Below are positions 36,157-46,202 of a stretch of DNA of 64,000 nt, piece after piece (the first letter of the stretch is position 1; every line of letters begins with the position of its first letter). The notes beneath the pieces are model-generated. The model did no database searches and was not told the DNA's origin. It saw only the letters and a list, made by a program, of their open reading frames with translations. Made by a program: the position numbers and the translations under genes. The stretch is from an uncultured Nitrospiraceae bacterium (lineage in GTDB: Bacteria; Hydrogenedentota; Hydrogenedentia; Hydrogenedentales; SLHB01), in NCBI GenBank assembly GCA_964402555.1, contig CAYOCT010000004.1, positions 4,124 through 68,123 on the forward strand. Reading direction: 5' to 3'.

Positions 36157-36204
36157 CCCCATTATATAGTGGTTTCGCCGTTCTGTCAACACTAAATATT
36201 GCGC
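36157..36204. promoter_or_regulatory. candidate tandem NrdR boxes upstream of nrdDG
   Basis: Near-palindromic CCATTATATAGTGG (36159..36172) and CACTAAATATTG (36190..36201) have centres ~30 bp apart. NrdR boxes are AT-rich 16-bp palindromes usually found in pairs about three helical turns apart. They lie ~250-290 nt upstream of the nrdD start. Confidence 0.35.
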
Positions 36205-36689
36205 TCGCTAACCATTCGCTAACCTTAATTCCAGCAAGGATCTATGCCTGCACTAGCAGCGATTTCGCGGCGCGAAGATGCGAGAGGGCTGCCCCAAGGA
36301 ATGGAGCGCCGAGCCCCTTCTTCAATCGTGCGACGTGGATAGGCGAGATAAGAGATCGCGAAAAAGCCCGAAAATAGGGCCGTTTTCTGGTGTTTCCGCA
36401 TGGATATTGATAAGTATATTTCTATAATACATGCATATTACTAAATCGTATTTTGGCCCGGTCACGGAAGAAAAAGACGCATGGGACGCTCGCCGAAGGA
36501 ACTACGTTTCGCAGTCAGGACAGTCACTCGATAAATCTACGATATATGTGCTTTGTAGAAAGGTATTTTCTTGACGAATAATAAGGAATCAGCAATTTCA
36601 TTATCAGCAATATACGCATTTTGGCGCGGCCATCTTGCTTATTTCGGCGAGATCGAGTATGGTACGTCACCTTCATTGAGGATGTTGAC

Positions 36690-37646
36690 ATGCGAAATCG
36701 TGGATTTACACTCATCGAACTGCTCGTTGTAATCGCGATCATCGCCATTCTCGCGGCGGTATTACTGCCTGCGCTCGGCCGGGCGCGTGAAGCGGCCCGC
36801 CGTTCGAGTTGCGCCAACAACCTCAAACAGTGGGGCCTCATTTTCAAGATGTACTCGGGCGAGGCGGCCGGGCAGAAGTTCCCGCCACTGCAGTTCGAGG
36901 CGCTCAACATTCTTCAGGTCAATCTGGCTGCTGGACCGCTCATCATGGCGTTGTATCCGGAATACTTGACCGATCCCGCAATCTTGGTCTGTCCGTCGGA
37001 CGCAAAGGAAACCGTGGATTCGCTCAAGGACAGCCAAGGTGATTGGAAATTCGCGAAGAACTTCGGCGACCGCGAGGATGTGGACGTCAGCTATGCGTAC
37101 GTAGGGTGGATTCTTGACCGTTGCGGCGACACCGACCGCCAGGACGCGGCGGGCGCCCGCAGTATCGCGTCGCTACTGAGGGGGTTTGGCGCCGACGTGC
37201 CTCCATTGCGGCCCGATTTCACGGCGCCGGCGCAGTTTGTTGGTATATTAATGAATCTTCTCAACCAGGCGGTCCAGCACATTCTGGATCCGCAATACTT
37301 GCTTTACAAAGCCAGCCGCAACATCGCCGACTCGGATGTGGCCATGCCGTACGCCTACGCGCGGGACGGCAACGGCGGCGGCCCGACCGTGTATCGCATT
37401 CGCGAAGGAGCCGAGCGCTTCCTCATCACGGATCCGAATAACCCCGCCGCCGGCGCCAAGGCCCAGAGCGACATCTACGTCATGTTCGATATCTTCTCGA
37501 CCGACACCGAGCTCTTCAACCACGTCCCCGGCGGCAGCAACGTGCTCTATATGGATGGCCACGTCGAGTTTGTGCGATATCCCGTAAAGCAGCCCCTCGC
37601 AAAGGGGATGGCCGTTTTGATCGGACTCCTCACCGGAAAAAGCTGA
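36690..37646 (+). CDS. DUF1559 domain-containing protein (prepilin-type N-terminal cleavage/methylation domain, H-X9-DG protein)
   Basis: Internal Met of ORF 36621..37646. It has the type IV pilin-like N-terminus ([29 protein letters not shown]), the DUF1559 block ([20 protein letters not shown]) and the C-terminal [17 protein letters not shown] motif. The family is abundant in Planctomycetota. Confidence 0.8.
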   Translation: MRNRGFTLIELLVVIAIIAILAAVLLPALGRAREAARRSSCANNLKQWGLIFKMYSGEAAGQKFPPLQFEALNILQVNLAAGPLIMALYPEYLTDPAILVCPSDAKETVDSLKDSQGDWKFAKNFGDREDVDVSYAYVGWILDRCGDTDRQDAAGARSIASLLRGFGADVPPLRPDFTAPAQFVGILMNLLNQAVQHILDPQYLLYKASRNIADSDVAMPYAYARDGNGGGPTVYRIREGAERFLITDPNNPAAGAKAQSDIYVMFDIFSTDTELFNHVPGGSNVLYMDGHVEFVRYPVKQPLAKGMAVLIGLLTGKS

Positions 37647-37895
37647 CCGCTCGATGGCCCGCGCTGCTATCCGCCGTCTCCCTTCAACTTTGCGAAGAAA
37701 CGGTGTGTAAGCTCGCGGCCACAAGTATTACTACCGGACTGCGGACGAATAGATCCATCCTTCATCCTTCCACTGAAACTTTTTCCTAAGTCTGAGGTAT
37801 AATATAGGTAAGAGCGCCGATCCTGGGGCAAGGGAACGCGCTGAAAGGCTGCGTGAGCGCGGGCTGCTCCATTAGCCGAGGGAAGGAGTGTTTCC

Positions 37896-37949
37896 ATGAA
37901 GCTGTTGATGCTTGTCTTATTTGGGTTTCTGATCGTAATCAGCCGGTAA
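37896..37949 (+). CDS. tiny hydrophobic ORF (17 aa, MKLLMLVLFGFLIVISR); possible leader peptide or small membrane peptide
   Basis: Strong SD (GGGAAGGAG 7 nt upstream). A TATAAT-like element (gaggTATAATatagg) lies ~95 nt upstream inside an AT-rich island. Not in the ORF track because it is shorter than 60 aa. Confidence 0.3.
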   Translation: MKLLMLVLFGFLIVISR

Positions 37950-37982
37950 GATATTGTAGTTGAACCACTTGGAAGGTTCGTT

Positions 37983-39485
37983 CTACGTTCCGTCTTCTGC
38001 AGCGGCAGCTTGATCGACCCGCATCCCGTCGAAGATCCCCGCGAGGCATGCCACCACATCCTGGCGCCGGTATAGATCCGGCGCTGACTCGAACTCGAAC
38101 CGGATCCGAACATCCTGTCCGTCGGCCGTCTTGACCATTACGTGATCGCCCTGGGCTTCCTTCGAGGCCTCGGCAGTGGCCATCAACAGGCCGCCCTCTT
38201 TCATGCCGATCGCGATCCAACGCAGGCCCAATTCCTGACGGCACAGTTCCAACAACGCCCGCGAAGCTGGCGAGGCCAGGCCCGCGTTGACGCGGAGCGC
38301 CCCATAGCGAGCCAGGGCCTGGAAGACCTTGTTGCGTTCGCGGCGTTTGAGGACCGCCTTGAATGTGGTGGTCCTCAAGTATCCCGCGAGCCATGCCACA
38401 AAGAGCAACGTCCCCAGGTAGAGGGCATAGGGGCACGCCATCCACAACGAACCTTCGGGTATCAGCGCCGACATCACGGCGGCCACGGCAAGCGCCAGGG
38501 CCACACCGTACAGCGTGAGCGCGACGCGCGGCTGCGAATAGCCCTTGCCGAGCAGGCGATGATGCGTGTGGCGGTTGTCGCCGACAAACACCGGCACGCC
38601 GCCGACGTAGCGCCGAAGAATCGAGATGAGGGTTTCAAAGATCGGGAATCCGAGCGCGAACATCGGCGCGAGGAGAATCGCCGCCGTCTCGGACTTCTGG
38701 GTGCCCATCAGCAGCAGGACCGACAGCGCGTAGCCAAGCAGCATGCTGCCGGTATCGCCGAGGAAGATCCGCGCGGGAGGGAAGTTGAACGGCAGGAACG
38801 CCAGCAGGCTTCCCGTCAGCGCAGCGCCCGCGAACGTGATGAACACATTCTTCTGAATCACGCTCAGAGCAACTAGCGCTATCGCGCCGATCAGCGCGAT
38901 GCCCGTGGCAAGCCCATCGACGCCGTCAATCAAGTTGAATGCGTTGATCAGGCCCACGATCCAGAACACCGTCAGGACGCCGCCCACGCCTGCGCCCAGG
39001 TCTACCACGCCCACGAAAGGTAGCGAGACCGTTTGTAGCGCGTAGCCCGACGCGCACACGAACACCGCCACGACAAGTTGCCCGAGCAGCTTCCAGCGAG
39101 GGCGCATCCCGCGGGTATCGTCGACCACACCCAGCACGGCGATCGCGATGCCGCCCACGGCCAGCGTCATGCATTCATTGCGCCGTCCCGCAAACGAGAA
39201 CAGGAGGTCGAACCAAGGTTTGTAGTGGAGCCACACCCACTGCCAGTGGCGAACGATGAGAAGGCCCGCGGCCCACGATGCAAGGCCGAGCGCGGCCAGC
39301 GGCAGGACGATGCCCAGCCCGCCGAGCAACGGAATATCGCCGCGAAACACCTTGCGGTAGCCGCCCCGATCCACGGCGCCGACCCGGTGCGCGAACCGCA
39401 TCACGAGCGGCGTAAGCGCCGCCGTGGCGATTAGGCACCCGGCCAGCCCTGCGCCGGCCCATGCGGTCAACGCGAACGTAGCCAA
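37983..39485 (-). CDS. undecaprenyl-phosphate N-acetylhexosamine-1-phosphate transferase (glycosyltransferase family 4, WecA/MraY-like) with a C-terminal extension
   Basis: 500-aa polytopic ORF with GT4 motifs (NAFNLIDGVDGLATG; FLGDTGSMLLGY). Confidence 0.8.
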   Translation of the reverse strand: MATFALTAWAGAGLAGCLIATAALTPLVMRFAHRVGAVDRGGYRKVFRGDIPLLGGLGIVLPLAALGLASWAAGLLIVRHWQWVWLHYKPWFDLLFSFAGRRNECMTLAVGGIAIAVLGVVDDTRGMRPRWKLLGQLVVAVFVCASGYALQTVSLPFVGVVDLGAGVGGVLTVFWIVGLINAFNLIDGVDGLATGIALIGAIALVALSVIQKNVFITFAGAALTGSLLAFLPFNFPPARIFLGDTGSMLLGYALSVLLLMGTQKSETAAILLAPMFALGFPIFETLISILRRYVGGVPVFVGDNRHTHHRLLGKGYSQPRVALTLYGVALALAVAAVMSALIPEGSLWMACPYALYLGTLLFVAWLAGYLRTTTFKAVLKRRERNKVFQALARYGALRVNAGLASPASRALLELCRQELGLRWIAIGMKEGGLLMATAEASKEAQGDHVMVKTADGQDVRIRFEFESAPDLYRRQDVVACLAGIFDGMRVDQAAAAEDGT

Positions 39486-39550
39486 TCTGCGGCCTTTCCC
39501 TCAGTTGCCGATTCGGCCCCGCCGCGTGGCGGCAGCCGGACTCGAAACGA

Positions 39551-40741
39551 TCACGACGCCGGTTTTGCCGGGACCAATCCCCCGTCGAAATGCCCTTCCG
39601 GAATGGCGAGCATCGCCACGTCGTCCACCAAGACGCGGCCTTCAACGCCCGCGGGCCGCGTGAACAGAAGCACGTGGAACGGCGGCACATCGGGCGAGTC
39701 TTCGCTGCTGTAATCGGGCAAGGTTGCGGTCAGGGTGGCCTCTCGCCACTCCCCCGAACCCGGGCACGAAGCGGACACTTCCGAACGCGTGCCGTCGGCC
39801 GCCGACAAGCGCAGCGTCATCGTGACCTCGGGGGGCGCGCTCTTTTCCGCGCCTTTGCTTCGGATCATCGCGCTAACCCACACGGCGCGCCCCTTAATCG
39901 CGGCACGCGTGGGAATCAGGCACGCCAGCGTAGAATCGCCATCGCGCGGCGCGGGGATCTCCATTGCATGATCGCCTTGATAGCCTTCGTCCGCGAGCGG
40001 CGCGCTCTTGCCCTGCGCGTACCATTCCGGCATGGCGCCGTCTTCCGGCAACGCTTCCATCGTGCCGCTGGGCAGGAAATTCTCGGTAGGCAGCGTGCGC
40101 AACTCGCACCGGTCAATCAAGACCGGCGCATTGCCCGATGCGCCCGCCACGAGAACCCCAAGTTTCATCTCGCCGCTCGCGTTACCGGATACGAACATGA
40201 GTGCCAGCGGCGCCCATGCGGACATCGGCCCCTTGACCGGCTCGCCCTTCATCAACACGTTGCCCGCGGCGTCATGTACTTCAAGCGTTGCCTCGCCCGC
40301 GTCCGGCGCCGTGACCAGCGCGCTGAGTGCATAGAACGAGCGGGGTTTGAGCGTCTTCGCTTGCGCGACAAAGACGTCGCCCGAGGCCGCCGGAAGCACT
40401 TGAAGCGAGGTCTGGCCTTCCGCGCTCAGCGCGCGCGACACAAGACAACGGTCCTTGTCGCCGGCCACATCCCAATACTCCTGGCCTGTTTCAAAACCGG
40501 GATTGGCAAACAGGTTCTGGGTACCGGCCTGTTTCGGAGCAGGCGCGATCGGCACCGGGGGAAATGCGGTCACCGTCCGAGGTTCGGGCTTTGTGGTGTA
40601 ACGGTCGGCCCAGGAGTGTTCCACGGCCGTGGCGGCGCGCTCCTCCTTCGGGTGCTTGCACCCGGCCGACAAGGCTAGCACCAGCATTGTCGAGACCAGC
40701 GCCGTGCCCGTTTTCAAAAACAATCTCATTACCGTCGCCAC
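39551..40741 (-). CDS. hypothetical lipoprotein
   Basis: 396-aa ORF with a signal peptide and lipobox (LVLALSAGC). The remainder has no recognisable family. Confidence 0.55.
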   Translation of the reverse strand: MATVMRLFLKTGTALVSTMLVLALSAGCKHPKEERAATAVEHSWADRYTTKPEPRTVTAFPPVPIAPAPKQAGTQNLFANPGFETGQEYWDVAGDKDRCLVSRALSAEGQTSLQVLPAASGDVFVAQAKTLKPRSFYALSALVTAPDAGEATLEVHDAAGNVLMKGEPVKGPMSAWAPLALMFVSGNASGEMKLGVLVAGASGNAPVLIDRCELRTLPTENFLPSGTMEALPEDGAMPEWYAQGKSAPLADEGYQGDHAMEIPAPRDGDSTLACLIPTRAAIKGRAVWVSAMIRSKGAEKSAPPEVTMTLRLSAADGTRSEVSASCPGSGEWREATLTATLPDYSSEDSPDVPPFHVLLFTRPAGVEGRVLVDDVAMLAIPEGHFDGGLVPAKPAS

Positions 40742-40902
40742 CCGTTCAGAACCATATGCAACGTACGAAGAGAGCGTAACAAATGCCGCAAAAGGGGATC
40801 AACCGCTGGGACGAACTATGTTGCACGGCGGAATCGGCTCGCGTATCGTTCTCTCGGTTCAGAATAGAGTCAACACCTCTTGGCGGGAACGGGGAGAACG
40901 CG

Positions 40903-41763
40903 ATGTTCGAGCAACGAATCGGATTCTTGGCGTCCTTGGGCTTTGCCGCGATGCCCGCGGCGAAGGTCGTGGCGGAACTCAAGGCGCTGGGGTACGGCGC
41001 GGTGGAATGGACCGGCGCCCACTTCAATCCGCGCGCGAAATCCGAGTCCGAATTGAAGGACCTGGTCGCGTTGACGCGCGAGGGCGGGCTGGCCGTGAGC
41101 GAAGTCGTAGTCCAGCAGGATTACGTTTGCCTCGACGACGGTGCACGCGAGGACCGCATCGCGTTCACGATCGAGTCCATCGAAGCGTGCGCCGCGGCAG
41201 GCGTCGACACGGTGAACCTGTTCACGGGGCCCGCGCCTTGGGACCCGAACGCGCCGCGCATCCCGGATCATCTTTCGGAAGGCGCCGCGTGGGAGATGAC
41301 GCTGGACGCGTTCGGGCGCATCGTACAAGCGCTCGAACGCTGCCGCGTCCACGGCGCGGTCGAGGGCGTGTTCGGCCATCTTTGTAACGATTACTACACG
41401 ACGCGCGTGCTGATCGATCATTTCGATTCGGACTATCTCGGGGTCAATTTCGATCCGTCGCACGACGTGTTGAAAGGCAACTTCGATACGGGCTGGCTCG
41501 TTCGGCAATGGGGCCGCCGCATCAAACACGTCCATCTCAAGGATGCGATCGGCCTGCCTGAGATGGGGAAGTTCCTGTTTCCAATGCTCGGCGAAGGCCG
41601 CGTCGATTGGCCGGGCATGTTCGCGGCGCTCGAAGCCATCGGCTACGCCGGCTACCTGTCCGTCGAGTTCGAGTCGTTCGCGTATTACGAGCGCGTGTTG
41701 AAAGGCAACACGGTCGAAGCGGCGCGTCTGAGCATCGAGCAGGCCCGCGCGTTGATGGACTAA
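40903..41763 (+). CDS. sugar phosphate isomerase/epimerase (xylose isomerase-like TIM barrel)
   Basis: Internal Met of ORF 40783..41763 (GGGGAGAAcgcgATG). The pattern ...VEWTGAHF...GVNFDPSHDVLKG...HVHLKD...GYLSVEFESF is typical of AP endonuclease 2/xylose isomerase-like TIM proteins. Confidence 0.8.
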   Translation: MFEQRIGFLASLGFAAMPAAKVVAELKALGYGAVEWTGAHFNPRAKSESELKDLVALTREGGLAVSEVVVQQDYVCLDDGAREDRIAFTIESIEACAAAGVDTVNLFTGPAPWDPNAPRIPDHLSEGAAWEMTLDAFGRIVQALERCRVHGAVEGVFGHLCNDYYTTRVLIDHFDSDYLGVNFDPSHDVLKGNFDTGWLVRQWGRRIKHVHLKDAIGLPEMGKFLFPMLGEGRVDWPGMFAALEAIGYAGYLSVEFESFAYYERVLKGNTVEAARLSIEQARALMD

Positions 41764-41780
41764 GAACGGGCCAGGAACTG

Positions 41781-41885
41781 GTTCCCAAGCTGTGCTTGGG
41801 AACCCACGTGAACGGGAAGCTCTGCTTCGAGGGTCGCGAAGTACAACTTCGCGAACAAGTGCGTTCCCAAGCACAGCTTGGGAAC
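41781..41885. repeat. nested palindromic element (GTTCCCAAGCTGTGCTTGGGAAC ... CGCGAAGTACAACTTCGCG ... GTTCCCAAGCACAGCTTGGGAAC)
   Basis: The 23-bp self-palindromic arms are exact reverse complements of each other, with an internal second palindrome. It lies 18 nt after the isomerase stop and is a candidate terminator or REP-like element. Confidence 0.6.
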
Positions 41886-41969
41886 GAGTGAGGGTTGTGC
41901 TTTGGAGCTAGAGGTACGTGTAGGTAGCGCGAAGGCGTGCATGGACGGGTTTATAGGAGGAGCGAGGGT

Positions 41970-42980
41970 ATGCTGAACATCGGGATCATCGGCGCGGGCG
42001 CGGTCGTGCAGGGCGCGCACGTGAAGGCGTTTGAAGAGCGCGGCGACGTGAAGGTGGCCGCCATCGCGGATCCCTCCGAGGCGTATCGCGAAGCCGTGGG
42101 CGCGCGCCTCGGTTGCGCGCGTCTGTACGACGATTATCGAAAGGTACTCGACGATCCCGAGGTGCAGGCGCTCGACGTGTGCCTGCCGCATTACCTCCAC
42201 GAACAGGTCGTCCTCGACGCCTTCGCGGCAGGAAAGCATGTCCTGCTCGAAAAGCCCATCGCGATGACTGTCGAGCAGGCCGACCGGATGATCGAGGCGG
42301 CGCGCGCCGCGCGTCTCCAGTTCTACTGCGCCCTCAACCAGCGCTTCTACCCGGCCCACCGCCGCCTCAAGACCATCGTCGACTCGGGCGAATACGGCAA
42401 GCCCTTCCTTGCGCTATGCCAACTGGTCGGCGACGAGCTGGACCGCATGAACCAGCCCGCCAACTGGAAGGGCACATGGGATCGCGCCGGCGGCGGGGCG
42501 TTGATCGACACGGGCACGCATATCGTCGACCTCGTGGTGTGGTGGTTCGGACGCCCGAAGACGGTAAGCTGCCAATGGGGCCGTTTCGTCGTCCAACCCG
42601 AGAACAAGGCCGACGACAATGTCGCCGTCACGTTCGGATACGACGGGATGCTCGTGCAGTTGTGCGTCTGTTATTCGTGCAGGACCGACGCGTGGCGCGA
42701 GACGAAACAGGTGTATTTCCCAGACGCCTCCATTCACATCACGATGGACGCCGACGTCCCGATACTTGTAGGCCAAGACCGGCAGCCGCTCGTGCCCGTC
42801 GAAGTCGAATCGATGCGGTCCTGGTGGGACGGAAGCGTCACCGCGGGCATCCACCATTGGCTGGATTGCTTCCTCGGCAAGGTCCGACCCGCCTACGGTC
42901 CGGAAGCCGCGCGCGACACGCTCGAAGTCATACTTGCCGCGTACCGTTCAGCGCGAGAACAACGCACAATCGTCCTGTGA
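41970..42980 (+). CDS. Gfo/Idh/MocA family NAD(P)-dependent oxidoreductase
   Basis: Internal Met of ORF 41937..42980 with SD GGAGGAGCGAGGGT. It carries the Rossmann N-terminus MLNIGIIGAGAVVQGAHVKAF and the HVLLEKP motif. Confidence 0.85.
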   Translation: MLNIGIIGAGAVVQGAHVKAFEERGDVKVAAIADPSEAYREAVGARLGCARLYDDYRKVLDDPEVQALDVCLPHYLHEQVVLDAFAAGKHVLLEKPIAMTVEQADRMIEAARAARLQFYCALNQRFYPAHRRLKTIVDSGEYGKPFLALCQLVGDELDRMNQPANWKGTWDRAGGGALIDTGTHIVDLVVWWFGRPKTVSCQWGRFVVQPENKADDNVAVTFGYDGMLVQLCVCYSCRTDAWRETKQVYFPDASIHITMDADVPILVGQDRQPLVPVEVESMRSWWDGSVTAGIHHWLDCFLGKVRPAYGPEAARDTLEVILAAYRSAREQRTIVL

Positions 42981-43095
42981 CCGAATGCAACCGCGAATGG
43001 CAGTATTCGAGTTGAAATCACGGGAGACATCTGCAATTCTTGCCGCGCACTAACCTGGGCTCGCAATGCGGAAGACCAAAGGAGGAGATCGCGCC

Positions 43096-44574
43096 ATGGC
43101 TACGTGTCGATTCATGTTCGTTATGTTCTTCGTCGTCGCATCCGTCTCGTTGGGGGCGCATGCCCAATCGGGAGATCCTCTCGATGGGCTGGCCGCACTC
43201 AAAGACGGATCGTCCGAGCGGGCCTCGTCATCGGACCCGAACTGGCAGGATGGAAACGGCGACGCGCGGCCCATCGCGCCGGGCGGCACGCTGACGATTG
43301 CCGACCTCGAGGGGCCGGGGATGATCACGCATTTCTGGAATACGATTGCGGCGAACGAACGTTGTTACTCGCGCCTGTTGGTGCTGCGCGCGTACTGGGA
43401 CGGCGAGGAACATCCGTCGATCGAATGTCCCATCGGCGACTTCTTCGTCATCGGCCATGGTAAGGACGTGCCGTTCTCGTCGCTGCCGGTCACGGTGACC
43501 TCCGACGGACGCGGCCGCAACTGTTATTGGCCGATGCCGTTTCGCAAGTCCGCGAAGATCACGGTGACGAATGAAGGCCGCGCGCCGATCGGCGCATTCT
43601 ATTACTATATCGACTGGCGGAAGCTGCCGAAGCTCGCCGAGGATACGGCCTATTTCCACGCGATGTACCGCCAGGAGTTCCCGACGGTCATGGGCCGGAA
43701 CTACACGCTGGCCGACATCGAAGGACGCGGGCATTACGTGGGCACGGTGTTGAGCGTGCGCCAGCACCTCGCGAGCTGGTGGGGCGAGGGCGACGATTTC
43801 TTCTTCATCGACGGCGCGAAAGAACCGCAACTGCGCGGCACCGGCAGCGAGGATTACTTCTGCGACGGTTGGGGATTCCGCAAGATGGCGACGTTGTATT
43901 ACGGCGCGCCGCTCATGGAAGGCAACAACCCGTTTGACTGCACGACCGTCTACCGCTGGCATATCCCGGATCCGGTGCTGTTCACGAAATCGCTTCACGT
44001 CGAGATCGAACACAAGGGCGTGACGTTCAATCCTGACGGATCGGTCAAGTCCGGATTCGAAGAGCGCGCCGACGATTTCTCCTCCGTCGCGTTCTGGTAC
44101 CAGACCGAACCGCACAAGACGTACCCGGAAATGCCCAAGGGCTACGCGCGCCTCTACTACGACTACTCGACCATGATCGAGGGCGAGTCCCTGTTGTCCA
44201 ATGCGAAGGCTTCGGCGGGGCCGCTCTCGACGCAGGACGGCGCGTGGAGCGGTGGCAAACAACTCTTCTGGACTCCCGGCGAAGCGAATCAAACGCTGAC
44301 CGTGCCCTTCGATGTCAAAGAGGCCGGCACGTACAGTATCCTGCTCGTCATGACGTTTTCGTTCGACTACGGCATTTTCGAAATCCAGCTTGATGGCAAG
44401 CCGTTAGGCGCGCCCCTCGATCTGTTCAGCGCGACGGTCGTGACCAACGAGCGGAGTTTCGGTCCGACCGAATTGACCGCGGGACCGCATACGCTCGCCT
44501 TCGTGAACAAGGGCAAGAACGCGGAATCCAAGGGCTACTTCTTCGGACTGGACGGCATCCTTTTGGGCAAATGA
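43096..44574 (+). CDS. secreted DUF2961-like (GH172-like) protein
   Basis: Internal Met of ORF 43066..44574 (AAAGGAGGAGATCGCGCCATG). It has a signal peptide (MATCRFMFVMFFVVASVSLGAHA). The assignment to DUF2961 is from memory of the family and is only moderately secure. Confidence 0.55.
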   Translation: MATCRFMFVMFFVVASVSLGAHAQSGDPLDGLAALKDGSSERASSSDPNWQDGNGDARPIAPGGTLTIADLEGPGMITHFWNTIAANERCYSRLLVLRAYWDGEEHPSIECPIGDFFVIGHGKDVPFSSLPVTVTSDGRGRNCYWPMPFRKSAKITVTNEGRAPIGAFYYYIDWRKLPKLAEDTAYFHAMYRQEFPTVMGRNYTLADIEGRGHYVGTVLSVRQHLASWWGEGDDFFFIDGAKEPQLRGTGSEDYFCDGWGFRKMATLYYGAPLMEGNNPFDCTTVYRWHIPDPVLFTKSLHVEIEHKGVTFNPDGSVKSGFEERADDFSSVAFWYQTEPHKTYPEMPKGYARLYYDYSTMIEGESLLSNAKASAGPLSTQDGAWSGGKQLFWTPGEANQTLTVPFDVKEAGTYSILLVMTFSFDYGIFEIQLDGKPLGAPLDLFSATVVTNERSFGPTELTAGPHTLAFVNKGKNAESKGYFFGLDGILLGK

Positions 44575-44661
44575 CGGCGCTGTGAGGGCCATTGCATCCC
44601 CGCTCGCTTCGGTATATGCTCATGGCGTTGCGCATGGACTGATGTGCGGAAAGGAGGCGTT

Positions 44662-45258
44662 ATGAAAGGCGTAGCTCTGAGAACCGTTCTCGCGTGCATG
44701 CTCGCCGGAGTCCTGTGGTCCGGTATGGCCGTTGGCGACCTGTCCGTTTCCGTGACAATCACCGGACCCCTCGACGAAATGGTCCCGCTGCTCCAACATC
44801 TCAAGGACCTCGGCGTCGGCGCGCCGCATGGTAGCGCGCCGAAGATCGAGATCCAGAGCGTCGGCACGCCGGTCACGCCTGCGCCGCCTGAGCCTCCGCC
44901 GAAACCGCCCCTGGCGTTGTCCGATGCGAAATCCGATCCGGCCATCGGCAAACCTGGCGCCAACATGCTGCTCCAAGTCGCCGTAAGCGATCCGGACCAC
45001 GTGGTCGACACACTCGCCGCGACCGTCGAAGGCGTCCCGAGCGCGGTCGAGATGTACGACAACGGTTCGCATGGCGACGCGGCGGCAGGCGATGGCGTGT
45101 GGACGGGCACGCTCACGCTCGCGCCCGAAGTGACGCCTGGCGATCACGCGGTCGAGATCAAAGCGTTCGGCGCGAACGGAACTCCCGTCATGAAGAAGGA
45201 TGAGGCCGGCGCCGAAGCTCCGCTCGCGTGTCCCTTCAAAATCACGGTTCAGCCGTAG
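44662..45258 (+). CDS. hypothetical secreted protein
   Basis: Internal Met of ORF 44644..45258 (GGAAAGGAGGCGTTATG), with a signal peptide, a Pro-rich linker and a beta-rich C-terminus. Confidence 0.5.
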   Translation: MKGVALRTVLACMLAGVLWSGMAVGDLSVSVTITGPLDEMVPLLQHLKDLGVGAPHGSAPKIEIQSVGTPVTPAPPEPPPKPPLALSDAKSDPAIGKPGANMLLQVAVSDPDHVVDTLAATVEGVPSAVEMYDNGSHGDAAAGDGVWTGTLTLAPEVTPGDHAVEIKAFGANGTPVMKKDEAGAEAPLACPFKITVQP

Positions 45259-45284
45259 CGGTCTCCATTTCAGAAACATCCGGC

Positions 45285-45328
45285 AACGTCCATGGCGCGC
45301 TAAGCGCGCCATGGACGTTGTGTTTTTG
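45285..45328 (+). terminator. rho-independent terminator (perfect 16-bp GC-rich stem, TAA loop, T-tract)
   Basis: AACGTCCATGGCGCGC-TAA-GCGCGCCATGGACGTT followed by GTGTTTTTG, 27 nt after the stop at 45258. Confidence 0.7.
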
Positions 45329-46202
45329 ATGCGCTTGCGGCGTGACGCGCCAGTCAGCGATTCGCAAGACGCGGCCTCCTTATCATTCAGCATCGCTTTG
45401 TCTGTCGATCTGAGCGACGCGAAGATCGGCGGCCACACAGAATCGTGTGCGCGCATGTTGCGATCGCAGATCGCGACAAATCGATCGCGCGAACGCGCGC
45501 GAATCGATCGAACGCGCACACTCCAAGAAAACGTTCACGAAAAAAAAGCTTGCCTTTTTTGCCGATGTTTGCTAAGGAGAGTCGCGACGTTGGAAGACAG
45601 TTGAAGAACGGTGGGCATGCGATGCGCGCGAACGCGCGCCACGCGATCGCATATTGACCCCGTAAACACAGGGTGAAATGACGATCGCGTCAGCGGCGCC
45701 GCGCATGGCGCAACGCATGGCGGCACGCTCGCGAACGAGTGCGCACGTTCATCCTCTTGCGTTTTATCGATTGAATGCCTTCGATACGCGGCACAAATCG
45801 AAAGCGGCGCGGAGCGACGATCGGAGCACAACACGCGAGTGAGATCGCAACGCGCATCGCGCGTGCAAGCGAGGCAATCTCTTGCGGCGGAGAGGATACG
45901 AAGGGAGCGCATTTCACTTCACCTCTAGTACACCATACAAATGGTCGATTGCCAAACTAAGAGACACGGCGATACAGCGCACGACATGCCACCGCGACGC
46001 AAGCGTCTTCCGCATCTGGCGGCCTGAAGTTCCAAGGCTCTCCTGCCAGGCGCGCAGTCTCGGGCGCTTGCCCCGGCCAGCAGTTTCCCGCGCCGTGCGG
46101 CGCGTGAAGCGGATACCGTCGAGCCACGGCCTGTTGCCGTGGGGGTACTCGGCGGGCTTTAGGGTAGTAAGGTCTAAGAGGAAAAGGTAAGGAGAGCTGA
46201 CA

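Noticed and set aside
45537-45562. AAAAAAGCTTGCCTTTTTTG A/T hairpin considered as a terminator
   Set aside because: The stem is purely A:T with no GC clamp and sits mid-way in a noncoding region. It is too weak to call and is mentioned only within the noncoding-region finding.
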